From contig NC_092397.1 in the NCBI RefSeq assembly GCF_030028105.1, positions 12,167,271 through 12,231,270 of the forward strand: a stretch of 64,000 nt of DNA. The letters run 5' to 3'. Shown in pieces: positions 1-11,570 of this stretch (position 1 is the stretch's first letter; every line of letters begins with the position of its first letter). The position numbers and the translations under genes are program-made. This stretch comes from Mobula birostris (lineage: Eukaryota). The notes below the pieces were generated by a model. It saw only the letters and a list, made by a program, of their open reading frames with translations. It made no database searches and was not told where the DNA came from.

Positions 1-309
1 GCGAACCCATCACTACTTGAGGGACCTGCATGGTGAATTAATGGAACAGGCTCCCCCCTTTAAAACGTGCTGGGAAGTAGTTACTGAAGGCGCCTTTTTG
101 CCAACTTGCATTCAGAGAGATCTGTAGGACTTGTACGGAGAGATTTTTTTTTCGGAAGGGGGGAGGGATTGGGTTTGGGTGCAGGGAGATGTCCGGAAAA
201 TGGAACCAAAAATAAAACCCCTGGAACAGCATCCAATCACAATCAGGGAGAGAGATAAGCGTCAAGTGTGTTCACATAACCTACGGATCACACGGTGGAG
301 CTGCAGAGA

Positions 310-538
310 TTATATGTTTTGAGAAAGAGAGAAAGATATAATATATATAATTTTTTTTTGTTTAAATGCCACGGCGCTGTTCGTGCCACGATCGCGCGGG
401 TCGTGTATTCGTCTGGAGAGAGCAAACTTCCGGTCGGACGGCGGCGGCGGCGGCGGAGGAGGAGGAGGAGGAGGAAATCGTCGGTTCATTGGGCAATAGT
501 GGGGTTCGGTGGAATAAGCGTAGCCGTACTGATCATAC
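310..538 (-). CDS. rbm4: RBM4/RBM14-family protein, probable terminal coding exon 3
   Basis: Acceptor ctttttctcttag|G at 538. With the phase-2 donor after 3046 it reads R-YDQYGYAYSTEPHYCPMNRRF-polyPro-SDRK..., stop at 312-310. Confidence 0.55.
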
Positions 539-2852
539 CTAAGAGAAAAAGCACATCATGTCAATACAGAGAGGGTGGCAAGGAAAGACGCTCACGCATT
601 CACCGAGGGAGAGGGTGCGGGGGGAGGAGGCAAGCTAGAAGTGAGCACTGTGGGGGACTAATATAATGGGGCTCTGTGGGGAGGGAGGGTCACCTAACAA
701 TTTGAAAATTCATCTCTCGCCAATGAAGCACGGAATTTGAGGTGAGGACATGGTGTTCAGCCAGGTTTTGTGATGGTATCTGGGGCCATAAATGACCAAA
801 GATGGTGCCGTAAGCACCCCAGCAACCACTTCCCCCACCCAGTCACTCTGGTTCACAAGTCACCTCTTCCACTCTTAAACCAACAGTGGTGGGGGTTCAC
901 CTTTTTTTTAAAACCCTGACAACCTGCTATAAGGCAATTTGGAACACCATTCTCCCTCACCTACATCCCTCCTACTCAAGGGTTTAGGGTCTCTGGAATA
1001 GGCATCTTACTGTGCTACCAACACCCTCAATGTCTGTGAATGACGTATGGTTCAGGGACAATCTGAACTCATCCAGGAGGGAGTCACCACCCCTCCATCA
1101 CTTTTTGAGTCCATACCTCCAGTAGAGACACTGTCAAAGATGCAGAGATCCAGACCATTTGCGTGACACAGAGAATATAAAGGGACGTTTAACAGAAGCA
1201 GGCCCCGGCACAACACACAAGACCCACCAGCACCACAAACAGGAGTGAAGCAGCCTCTGGTAGATTATCTAAAGCATCCACAACCGTCAATGAAGTAAAT
1301 GCCAAGGCAAGAACGGAGACGGCTCATCCCTTCAACCAAAAGGCCACTGTGAGGGCTGCAGGCCACCAGGTGATCCCACCTACAACTATGGCAGGGCTGG
1401 AAACAGCACGTCAGTCTCTCCCAAGACCTCGCAATCTCTTTCTTACACATCCCCTGGGTAGGACCAAGGGAAGCGGTGATGGTAATCTCTAAATGGGCTC
1501 TGCATCCAGCCTAAGGCACAAGGTAAAATCAAACAGGAGTATAACTAAAGCGTTTGCCTACTCAAGATATTCTTACTTGTTCATCACCGTTCAGGATTAC
1601 AGGATCCCGGGAAACATGATGCAGATGTAACTCAGCACCTGGGTGATTTTCCAAGGCAGGCACACTTATCAGAATCAAAAAGGGGCTATCGCAAGACTTT
1701 CACCTTTTTCACATTCAGAATGAAACCAGTCTGAGGAAAGATGGCAAGAGCATCAAAGGCTAATAATCTGACACTCTGTGAATGGATTTATTGCAGAAGA
1801 ATGGGGTCCAGGCCAATTAAACCAGTGCCGTGTACTTGTGGGAATTTTATTACCACAAGATAAACTACTGGGTTACCAGGGATGTCCGAAGTTGTGACAC
1901 ATAAAAAGGGTTTAACGATTAGGATTGAGTCAGATTCCACTTGGGTTGCTTTCATAAGATTGCGTTCTCAATAAAAGCAAATCTGGGGTGTGGCGATGGG
2001 GAGGAGCAGTCACTGCCCTGTCCTTAACAGTGCAATTACATTACCAAATCAATGTTTGTGCTAGGATGCAAGTTCAGGGCATTGCAGAATAATCTAACAC
2101 AGTAGTCATTCAAGCCCATTCACTGTGTTTGCAATGACTCCCAAAGGGGCACCCCATCAATCCTGATCCTGTTCTTTGCCTGTGATTATTTATAATTTCA
2201 CACCTCGCCAAATATTCTTCGTGAAGTTACTGACTTGGCTTTGGGGGGGGGGGGGTCACAGACTTTTCTGCTCTCCTGAACTTGGAATATCTGTCAAAGC
2301 TCTGTTTCAGAGGTAATTCCCACCTTCAGTATCCTAGTAAATGTCCACTTACAGCCTTGTTAACCCCAACGTTCTCTCTGCTGCTCAGAGTGGGGACGGG
2401 AGGGTTCCCCTCCAGTTACGTATGGCTCTATAGCAGGCTTCGTATTTGCATGTGATGGCTACGATTGGTTAATGACCCAAAAGTCATCAATTTGCAGCTG
2501 GGGGTGGAAAGCTAACATGGCCTCCTTTAGCCTCATCTTTGACAAACGTCCTCTGGGACCTTTACACAGGCAGTGTCCAAATCAAGAACTCCAGAAACTC
2601 ACACACAATACCTGTTTCTGGCAACATTCATCCAAATCCAAACAGAGAGGGCACCATTCCCACATATGCATTCTCAAAGTAGATAACAGGGGACACCCAA
2701 CCCCATTTCAGAAGGCAAATGCTGAGATAATTTCATCTCTTTTCTCCCCAGCAACTCCTCACCCGCCCCAACCGCCACGCAACACGCCACTCCGCGCCAG
2801 CGCCAAGTTCTGCGTTACTTACTGTGGAGCCCACAGGATGCCTGGTGTGGCA

Positions 2853-3532
2853 TTACTGCTCCGTCACCTGGGCAGTCCCAAGGGAAGAGTCTTCAACGGG
2901 TGCCACCGTATTCCACGCAGCAGCAGCGACGTAAACGACATTATTCGCTGCCGAGGCCGCCATGCTCTCCCCTGTCCCCACTGCAGAAGTAAGGGCGGCA
3001 TGCCCTGCTGCCGCCGCCGCCTGCTTGCGTGCTACGGCTATGTACCTGAGGCTTTCGTCCATGTATTTCTCTGTTTGATATTTTGGCACCGTGAGCGGCG
3101 AGAGGCGGGTGCGCTCATACAGGGAGTTGTTACTGGTGGTCACTGCAGACGAGGCAAGACGATTAGGGCTCCTCTCTCTTCCATAATCGAGAGTCGCATA
3201 ACCAGCGGCAGCGGTGGCCGTCTGGTAATCTTCGTAATAGTCGTAATAGGAGCCGTGACCGTAATCGTAGTCGTAATAGGAATAGTAAGAGGGGTAGTAT
3301 TGGGACGCCAGCTGGTACTGGCTGTACTGATTCAGGCGCAGTGAGTGGCAATCTCGAGCTTGGTGGCCCTGCCTTCCGCAACGCTGACATACTTCCCGCT
3401 GCCCACCAGATTTCCCATAGGTCGACCTGGAGAGCTGCACCCTGAGCTTGTTCCCTAGGAACTCCTGGCCGTCTAGGCTGGCTATTGCTTTGATTGCATC
3501 TTCCTCTTTTTCCATGTGGACAAAAGCATAAT
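2853..3532 (-). CDS. rbm4: RBM4/RBM14-family protein, coding exon 2 (end of RRM2, CCHC zinc knuckle, Tyr/Ala-rich region)
   Basis: Acceptor tttttcag|AT completes D-YAFVHMEKEED in phase. CQRCGRQGHQARDC knuckle. Read-through stop at 2853; possible internal donors after 3046 and 2868. Confidence 0.85.
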
Positions 3533-5908
3533 CTGAAAAAGAGGAGGAAGGAAAGTTACATTCGCATCTTAGAAAACAGCATTGGCACCCAATTGCTGCC
3601 CAATCCCCAGCAGGGCCATTAGAAAGCTGTTGTTTGAATCATGACACAGTAGCACTAAACCTCCGCTATGATACACAAGCAGATGCCTAGTCACCTTCAG
3701 TCCTGTCAATTACTTAATTTTCTTTCATGATCAGATCTAGTCAATATCCAGGCTGAAAAGTGGAAAATTACACGGTGGATGATGGTCATTTCTGATCAGA
3801 GTTCACCTTGAAATGGGGCAGGTACAATGATACGATTTAAAAACCACTGGGATACTATGGGGGGTGGATCTGGGCCAAATGGAGGAAATTGAGATTAGAT
3901 GGTTGGGCATCATGATATGACATGGACACATTGGGCTCTACGCCTCTGCAAGTTTGCCTCCATCTGACTGGGAGCTCAGTGAACCAACCGTGGCTAACAG
4001 AGCTGCTCAGCGCCCCATCCACTACTGTAAACGCTCGCTCCAATCCACATCCCCCCACAGAGAGGCTTCAGTGGGAATCAGCTACAAAACCAAGGGGGTG
4101 TATCGGTTAGTGGAAGCTGTTACAGCTCAGAGTCAATTCCAGAGATTATACGTTCTCCCCATAACCTCGTGGACTTTCTCCCACATTCCAAAGAGGTACT
4201 GGTTAGTAGGTTAATTTGTCCTGTGATTCGGTTAGCGTTAAAGAGTGGAGTGCTGGACAGCGTGACTCTTTGGATTGGAAGGACCAGTTCCACACTAAAC
4301 TAAAGCATACTACAATTGTGGCAGCAAGTAGAGCTGCTGCCATATGGCACCCAGTGAACTGAGGCTCAATCCTCACTGCAGGGGCTGTTTGCATGGAGGT
4401 TTCATGCCTTCTCCGGGACTGCACCGAGTTTCCCGAGGTCCCCCGATTCCGTCTCACACCAAAGACGTGCATTTTGCTTGGTTAACTCGCCTCTGCAAGT
4501 TGCGCCCAGTGCATGGGCAGGTGGTAGAATATGAGAGGAGGCAGGAGAGAGGAGAGTCAATGAGGATGTGGGGGGGGGGGGGAGGGAGGGGCAGGGGAAC
4601 ATAAACAGGACTAACCAACGTTAGCACTAATGGTTCAGTGTGGATGTGGCGGACTGGTCATCCTTTAATTCTTTCTACATCGGTCTGCAGCAACTGGAAC
4701 ACCACCCCGTGCAATACCACGCACCATACCAAATAACACACTACTTCTGTGATCTTTGGCTTTGAACCTACCTAACATTACTATGGACATTATTATCGTG
4801 TCTGCTGAAGGGTCTTGGCCTGTAGTTCTTTTCCATTGATGGTGCATGGCCTGCTGAGTTCCTCCAGCATTTTGTGAGTGTTGATTGGACTTCCAGTGCC
4901 TGCAGATTTTCTCTTGTTTGTGATTGGAATACTACAGGTGTACCTTCACTGGAGAATCTTAGTGATCCCAGCAGTAACCCTGGGGTCACTGACTGGGAAA
5001 TAATATATCTAACAGCAGCACCCTTTGCCAGAATGAATGGAATGGACCTGACACATTCCCCTGAATGTATCTCGGGTCTCCAATTTACCTTTCTGTCAGT
5101 GAATTAGTCAACCACACATCTTCACATATCCTACTAAATCCATGTAATCACATAAAGCCTGTAAGACATAGGAGTTCATTTAGTCCATTCAACCCATCAG
5201 CAAATCAACAATTGCATCATGGCTGATTTATTATCCTTTCCAAACCTACTCTTCTGCCTTCTCCCCATAAGCTACGTCCTTACTAATCAAGAACGTCATT
5301 GCCTTTGTATAGAAAATCCTACAGAAGGTAGTGGATTTGACCCAGTACATCACAGGCAAAGCCCTCACCATCATTGAGCACATCTACTTGAAACGTTGCC
5401 GTAGAAAAGCAGCGTCCATCACCAGAGATCCCCACCACCCTTCTCGCTGCTGCCTTCAGGTAGAAGGTACAGGAGCCTCAGGACTCGCACCACCAGGTTG
5501 AGGAACAGTTACTACCCCTCAACCATCAGGCTCTCGAACTAGTGATTAACTACACTCACTTGCCCCATCATTGAGATGCTCTCACACTTTAAGGACTCTT
5601 TATCTCATGTTCTCGTTATTTATCGCTTATTTGCATCCGCAGACTTTGTTGTCTTGTGCACTCTGATTAATCTTTCACTGATCCTGTTAAAGCAACAGAT
5701 CACCTTTAGATTCTAAAACTCAGGGTTGTATACGCACTTTTGATAATAAAATGTACACAGAACGGGCTCATTCTCCCTTTGACGTGCAATGGCGCCGGGC
5801 TGCGTAACGTCATGACGTCAGAGGAATCCCTTCTATTCCTCCGCCGGGCTCTCGGAGGCCCTAAGCGAACCTGCGCCTCCCCCCACCAACCCCCCGGGGC
5901 CCCCTCAC

Positions 5909-6248
5909 CTTTGACGATGTCGCACTCGACCACGCGGCCGTACTCCTCGAACTTGGCCCGCAGCTCCTGGTTGCTGCAGCTGGCCGCCAGGTTGCCCACG
6001 TAGACCTTGGTGACGGCCGCGGAGATCGGGGGCTTAGGCCGCGACTCGGCCACGTTGAGCTTCTGGCCGTGCAGCTCGTACTGGTTGAGCGCGGCGATGG
6101 CCTGCGCCGCCTCCTCGGGGCTGTCCATGTGCACGAAGCCGTAGTGCCGGATGATATCGCACTCCCGCACCGTGCCATAATACTCGAAGAGCGTACGCAA
6201 CTCCTCCACCGTGCCCTCAGTCGGGATGTTGCCCACAAATATCTTCAT
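5909..6248 (-). CDS. rbm4: RBM4/RBM14-family RNA-binding protein, coding exon 1 (RRM1 and first half of RRM2)
   Basis: MKIFVGN..HYGFVHM (RNP2/RNP1) and [26 protein letters not shown]. Ends at donor AAG|gtgag; 340 nt, phase 1. Confidence 0.9.
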
Positions 6249-6369
6249 TTTGCTCTCTGTGCCTCCCTTCCCTTTCTACAGTAATCGCTTTATCCAAACA
6301 CCGCTGGCCTCGCGTATTTATGTTTAAACTGTTTGTTTTATTTTGAATAGAGCGCGACGATGCTGCCCC

Positions 6370-6690
6370 CCACTCTACAAAATGGCGCCGGTCCCAACGT
6401 TCGCCCAGGCAGTTGGAGTGGGAGGGGACGACCCTCTTTAAATGATGGTGCTCTCAGCCAATCAGAATCGGAGTACCGTCCCGCCGCCGGATGGGCAGCC
6501 AATCGTGTTCCGATATTCCCCTCCGTTTGTCTCCAAAGCCCGCCCACTCCCTCTCGCACAGCTACATCCGGCGGAAAGGGGCGGGACACACTGCCCCTTT
6601 CTGCAGCGCGGATTGGGCGCGCTGCGTGACCACGCGTGTTCCCATTCGCTCACATACTTCTCACTCCCGTCAGCTATAAATTTTGCGTCG
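6370..6690. promoter_or_regulatory. CpG-rich promoter of the RBM4-like gene, probably bidirectional
   Basis: YY1-type AAAATGGCG (~6379), CCAAT boxes (~6458, ~6499, reverse ~6612), GC boxes, and plus-strand TATAAA at 6675. Confidence 0.6.
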
Positions 6691-6859
6691 AAAGGATGCG
6701 GGGTTACTTTTATGTGCGAAACAGCTTCTGATGATGTTGAGGTGTGAGAATTGGAAGAATTCGTATACGGAGGGGTAAGGGCAAGTGACGAGGCTTTCGG
6801 TCGGATCGCTGGTCAAAGGTGAGAGGTCAGAGGTCTCACATGGCCGCCACCTGTTAGAT

Positions 6860-6995
6860 ACATAGAGGAGGAATTCCGCAGATGCTGGAAATTCAAGCAA
6901 CACACATCAAAGTTGCTGGTGAACGCAGCAGGCCAGGCAGCATCTCTAGGAAGAGGTACAGTCGACGTTTCAGGCCGAGACCCTTCGTCAGGACC
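6860..6995 (-). mobile_element. Solo Penelope terminal fragment carrying a hammerhead motif
   Basis: Reverse complement of 10463-10558 and matches 8398-8450. Confidence 0.75.
6960..6995 (-). ncRNA. Minimal type-I hammerhead ribozyme motif
   Basis: GGUC-CUGACGA-AGG(gucucgg)CCU-GAAAC-GUC-GACU: intact core, stems I and II, and palindromic ACGU helix III. Confidence 0.65.
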
Positions 6996-7253
6996 CGTTG
7001 TTAGATGCATAGAGTGTTTTTCAAGTGACGGATAGTTGTCAAGCCACACCATTGCTCTTTTCATTTTGTTAGAACCCTACCCCGCCTTTGTATTGCTTTA
7101 TACCCTCCTGGCCTCATTACTCCTGTCACCAATGCCTCCCTGCAGTGTTCCCCACCTTCATTCCATGGTGCACTGCCACCTCCTATGAAAGTCCACCTTC
7201 TTCAACTCTTTATAAACAGAGGGGACACTGTACAGAGGCTGGAATACTTGAGC

Positions 7254-7285
<32 letters not shown>

Positions 7286-7539
7286 GAGCTGGATGAATTC
7301 AGAGGGTCGACAAGACATGGAGCAGAATTGGGCCATTCTGCTCCGCCATTCCATCATGCCTGGTCCCGGAGGCCAAGTCCGTAAGTATATTTAAGGCGGA
7401 AGTTCGAAGTTCCATCAAGGGATCAAAGGATGTGGTGAGAAGGCAGGTGTGTGGGGTTGAGTGGGATCCGGGAGCAGCCATACTGAAATGGCAGAGCAGA
7501 CTCAATGGGCCAAATGGCCCAATTTTGCTCCTACGTCTT

Positions 7540-7970
7540 ATGGTGTTGCCCCTCCAGCCTGAGGGTGGACTCACCTTGCCATGAGGGAAGGCCATGGATT
7601 GACACGCCGGAATGGGAATGGGAATTAAAATGGTTGGCCGCTGTGAAGTCCTGTTTTTGTATCGGATAGAGTGGTGCTGCTTGATGAAGTGTTTTCCCAG
7701 TGTATGACAGTTCTCACCAATGTAGAAGAGGCCGCATCACTTCGGGAGCACTGGACACAATGGGGGACCCCAGCAGATCTGTAGGTGAAGTGTTTGGGGC
7801 CCTGAATGGAGGTGAGGGAGGAGGTGTATGGGCAGGTGTAGCACTTGGCCGTTTGTGGGGATAAGTGCTGGGAGGGAGATTAGTGGGGAGGGACAAATGG
7901 TTAAGGGAATTCCAGAGGAAGCGATCCCTGGGGAAATCGTACGGGGGAGGTAAAGATATGTTTAGTGGGG
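7540..7970 (-). mobile_element. Degraded Penelope-like fragment (GIY-YIG end)
   Basis: Diverged reverse-complement similarity to ~9650-10130. Confidence 0.55.
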
Positions 7971-8386
7971 ATGTTTAATGGGGACAAGCTCTCACTACCT
8001 ATTAAGTGCTCCCAATAGCGTGCACCTCAAATAGCTGCTGACAACCAAGTCCAGCTCCTGGCCTTCACATGTGACTTAGCTATTAAGCCCGGTGGAAGGG
8101 AAGGAAAAATTCCCATGACCGATTAATTTCATGGGATATGGGCAAAAAGTGGCCAAAACAGCATTTAGTTGAGATGGCAGCAGTAACACTGATGTGTGGG
8201 ACATAACGGAAAGCATTGACTACGAATGTAAAAAATGAAAAGGCATTCAATGGTTTATTCCTGTAAATAATTTTATTATGAATAAAGTTTATTTTGTTGA
8301 AAAAGTATTTTAGATTGATGTTGCCCCCTCCCAAAATAATCATGTTCTGATCAGATAAGGACGGCATGGTAGCGTAGTAGTTAGCA

Positions 8387-10560
8387 TGCAAACAACAGGA
8401 ATTCTGCAGATGCTGGAAATTCAAGCAACACACATAAAAGTTGCTGGTGACTCAGTTGCTGGTCCCTGGATCGTGACCCCACTAAGGAGCACCAGGCCAT
8501 TGTCTCCCACACCATCACCGACTTTATCAGCTCAGGGGATCTCCCATCCACTGCTACCAACCTTATTGTTCCCACACCCCGCACTTCCCGTTTCTACCTC
8601 CTACCCAAGATCCACAAACCTGCCTGTCCTGGCCGACCTATTGTCTCAGCTTGCTCCTGCCCCACCGAACTCGTTTCTGCATACCTCGACACAATTTTAT
8701 CCCCCCTTGTTCAATCCCTTCCTACCTATGTTCGTGACACTTCTCACGCTCTTAAACTTTTCGATGATTTTAAGTTCCCTGGCCCCCACCACTTTATTTT
8801 CACCATGGATGTCCAGTCCTTATATACTTCCATCCCCCATCAGGAAGGTCTCAAAGCTCTACGCTTCTTTTTGGATTCCAGACCTAATCAGTTCCCCTCT
8901 ACCACCACTCTGCTCCGTCTAGCGGAATTAGTCCTTACTCTTAATAATTTCTCCTTTGGCTCCTCCCACTTCCTCCAAACTAAAGGTGTAGCTATGGGCA
9001 CCCGTATGGGTCCTAGCTATGCCTGCCTTTTTGTTGGCTTTGTGGAACAATCTATGTTCCGTGCCTATTCTGGTATCTGTCTCCCACTTTTCCTTCGCTA
9101 CATCGACGACTGCATTGGTGCTGCTTCCTGCACGCATGCAGAGCTCATTGACTTTATTAACTTTGCCTCCAACTTTCACCCTGCCCTCAAGTTTACCTGG
9201 TCCATTTCTGACACCTCCCTCCCCTTTCTAGATCTTTCTGTCTCTGTCTCTGGAGACAGCTTATCCACTGATGTCTACTATAAGCCTACTGACTCTCACA
9301 GCTATCTGGACTATTCCTCTTCTCACCCTGTCTCTTGCAAAAACGCCATCCACTTCTCGCAATTCCTCCGTCTCCGCCGCATCTGCTCTCAGGATGAGGC
9401 TTTTCATTCTAGGACAAGGGAGATGTCCTCCTTTTTTAAAGAAAGGGGCTTCCCTTCCTCCACTATCAACTCTGCTCTTAAACGCATCTCCTCCATTTCA
9501 TGTACATCTGCCCTCACTCCATCCTCCCGCCACCCCACTAGGAATAGGGTTCCCCTGGTCCTCACCTACCACCCCACCAGCCTCCGGGTCCAACATATTA
9601 TTCTCCGTAACTTCCGCCACCTCCAACGGGATCCCACCACTAAGCACATCTTTCCCTCCCCTCCCCCTGCATTCCGCAGGGATCGCTCCCTACGCGACTC
9701 CCTTGTCCATTCGTCCCCCCCATCCCTCCCCACTGATCTCCCTCCTGGCACTTAGCCGTGTAAGTGGAAAAAGTGCTACACATGCCCTTACACTTCCTCC
9801 CTTACCACCATTCAGGGCCCCAAACAGCCCTTCCAGGTGAGGCGACACTTCACCTGTGAGTCGGCTGGGGTGATATACTGCGTCCGGTGCTCCCGATGTG
9901 GCCTTTTATATATTGGCGAGACCCGACGCAGACTGGGAGACCGCTTTGCTGAACACCTACGCTCTGTCTGCCAGAGAAAGCAGGATCTCCCAGTGGCCAC
10001 ACGTTTTAATTCTACATCCCATTCCCATTCTGACATGTCTATCCACGGCCTCCTCTACTGTAAAGATGAAGCCACACTCAGGTTGGAGGAACAACACCTT
10101 ATATTCCGTCTGGGTAGCCTCCAACCTGATGGCATGAACATCGACTTCTCTAACTTCCGCTAATGCCCCACCTCCCCCTTGTACCCCATCTGTTACTTAT
10201 TTTTATGCACACATTCTTTCTCTCACTCTCCTTTTTCTCCCTCTGTCCCTCTGAATATACCCCTTGCCCATCCACTGGGTCCCCTCCCCCCCCCCCCGTC
10301 TTTCTTCCCGGACCTCCTGTCCCATGATCCTCTGGTATCCCTTTTGCCAATCACCTGTCCAGCTCTTGGCTCCATCCCTCCCCCTCCTGTCTTCTCCTAT
10401 CATTTTGGATCTCCCCCTCCCCCTCCAACTTTCAAATCCCTTACTCACTCTTCCTTCAGTTAGTCCTGACAAAGGGTCTCGGCCTGAAACGTCGACTGCA
10501 CCTCTTCCTAGAGATGCTGCCTGGCCTGCTGCGTTCACCAGCAACTTTGATGTGTGTGGC
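8387..10560 (+). mobile_element. Penelope-like retroelement (Neptune type), 5'-truncated
   Basis: RT motifs GVAMGTRMGPSYA and RYIDD, Cys linker (CKWKKCYTC), GIY-YIG endonuclease (VIYC..LYIGET..RFAEH). One in-frame stop at 9753. 12-bp TSD TAGTAGTTAGCA at 8375-8386 and 10561-10572. Confidence 0.92.
10462..10497 (+). ncRNA. Hammerhead motif in the Penelope 3' terminus, core-mutated
   Basis: AGUC-CUGACAA-AGG..CCU-GAAAC-GUC-GACU, with G8>A relative to the 6960-6995 copy. Confidence 0.55.
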
Positions 10561-10825
10561 TAGTAGTTAGCACAATGGTTTACAGTACGGACGACCCGGG
10601 TTCAGTTCCTGCTGCTGCCTATAAGGAGTTTGAACGCTCTCCCCCGTGACCGTGTAGGTTTCCTCTGGGTGCCACGGTTTCCTCCCACAGTCCAAAGACG
10701 TTCCGGTTGTTAGATAAATTGGTCAGTGTAAATTGTCCCGTGATTAGGCCACGACTAATTCGGGAGGTTGCTGGGCAGCGTGGCTCGAAGGGCCGATTCC
10801 GCGCTGTACCTCAATGAGTAAATTA
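10561..10825 (+). mobile_element. tRNA-derived SINE (HE1/V-SINE-like), split by the Penelope insertion; head at 8362-8386
   Basis: A-box-like TAGCGTAGTAG, B-box GGTTCAGTTCC, core GGTTTCCTCCCACAGTCCAAAGAC shared with other copies in the window. Confidence 0.7.
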
Positions 10826-11179
10826 TCTTTGAGTGATCTTCGAGGACCCAGCTGGTATTTATGACAATATGGTCATTTCCGAAACTATTTTTTCCCCATT
10901 CCACATACATCTAATTGTGTGGAATTTTAATTCCCTAACCAGTCACGGTGAGATCGCTGGTAGATAGTTCTGACCGGCCGCCCGTTCAGTAAATGTCACC
11001 GTTGTCCCATTTGGGGTACTGAGACCTGCATTTCAGTCCATCCTGGGGAGTTTTGAAGACCAGACCTCCTATTCCCTTCATCTTCTATTCTCTCCCAAAC
11101 TTTCTGACAACGCTCTGGCTCGTAGAATGGTGGATCGCACTAAATTCTCTTTATTCGCAAGAAATAGTGAATACTGCAG

Positions 11180-11570
11180 ATAGTAGTCATAGTCATACTT
11201 TATTGATCCTGGGGGAAATTGGTTTTCGTTACAGTTGCACCATAAATAATTAAATAGTAATATGTAAATTATGCCAGGAAATAAGTCCAGGACCAGCCTA
11301 TTGGCTCGGGGTGTCTGACCCTCCAAGGGAGGAGTTGTAAAGTTTGATGGCCACAGGCAGGAATGACCTCCTATGACGTTCTGTACTGCATCTCGGAGGA
11401 ATGAGTCTCTGGCTGAATGTACTCCTGTGCCCACCCAGTACATTATGTAGTGGCTGGGAGACATTGTCCAAGATGGCATGCAACTTGGACAGCATCCTCT
11501 TTTCAGACACCACTGTCAGAGAGTCCAGTTCCATCCCCACAACATCACTGGCCTTACGAATGAGTTTGTT
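11180..11570 (-). mobile_element. Rex1/Babar-like LINE 3' fragment
   Basis: ORF ..PRCSTERHRRSFLPVAIKLYN, AATAAA plus (ATGACT)n tail; near-identical to 39240-39848. Confidence 0.7.

Noticed and set aside
295-666. Poly-Arg protamine-like ORF
   Set aside because: Antisense reading of the CCG/CCT poly-Pro run.
2472-3344. 290-aa plus-strand ORF
   Set aside because: Antisense shadow of RBM exon 2 with no recognisable domain.
3725-3800. C/D-box snoRNA candidate (ATGATG..CTGA)
   Set aside because: Box C is imperfect, spacing is too short, and it is antisense to the host intron.
5706-5908. C-terminal extension of the 180-aa RBM ORF
   Set aside because: Read-through into intron 1 past a canonical donor; RRM2 resumes at 3532.
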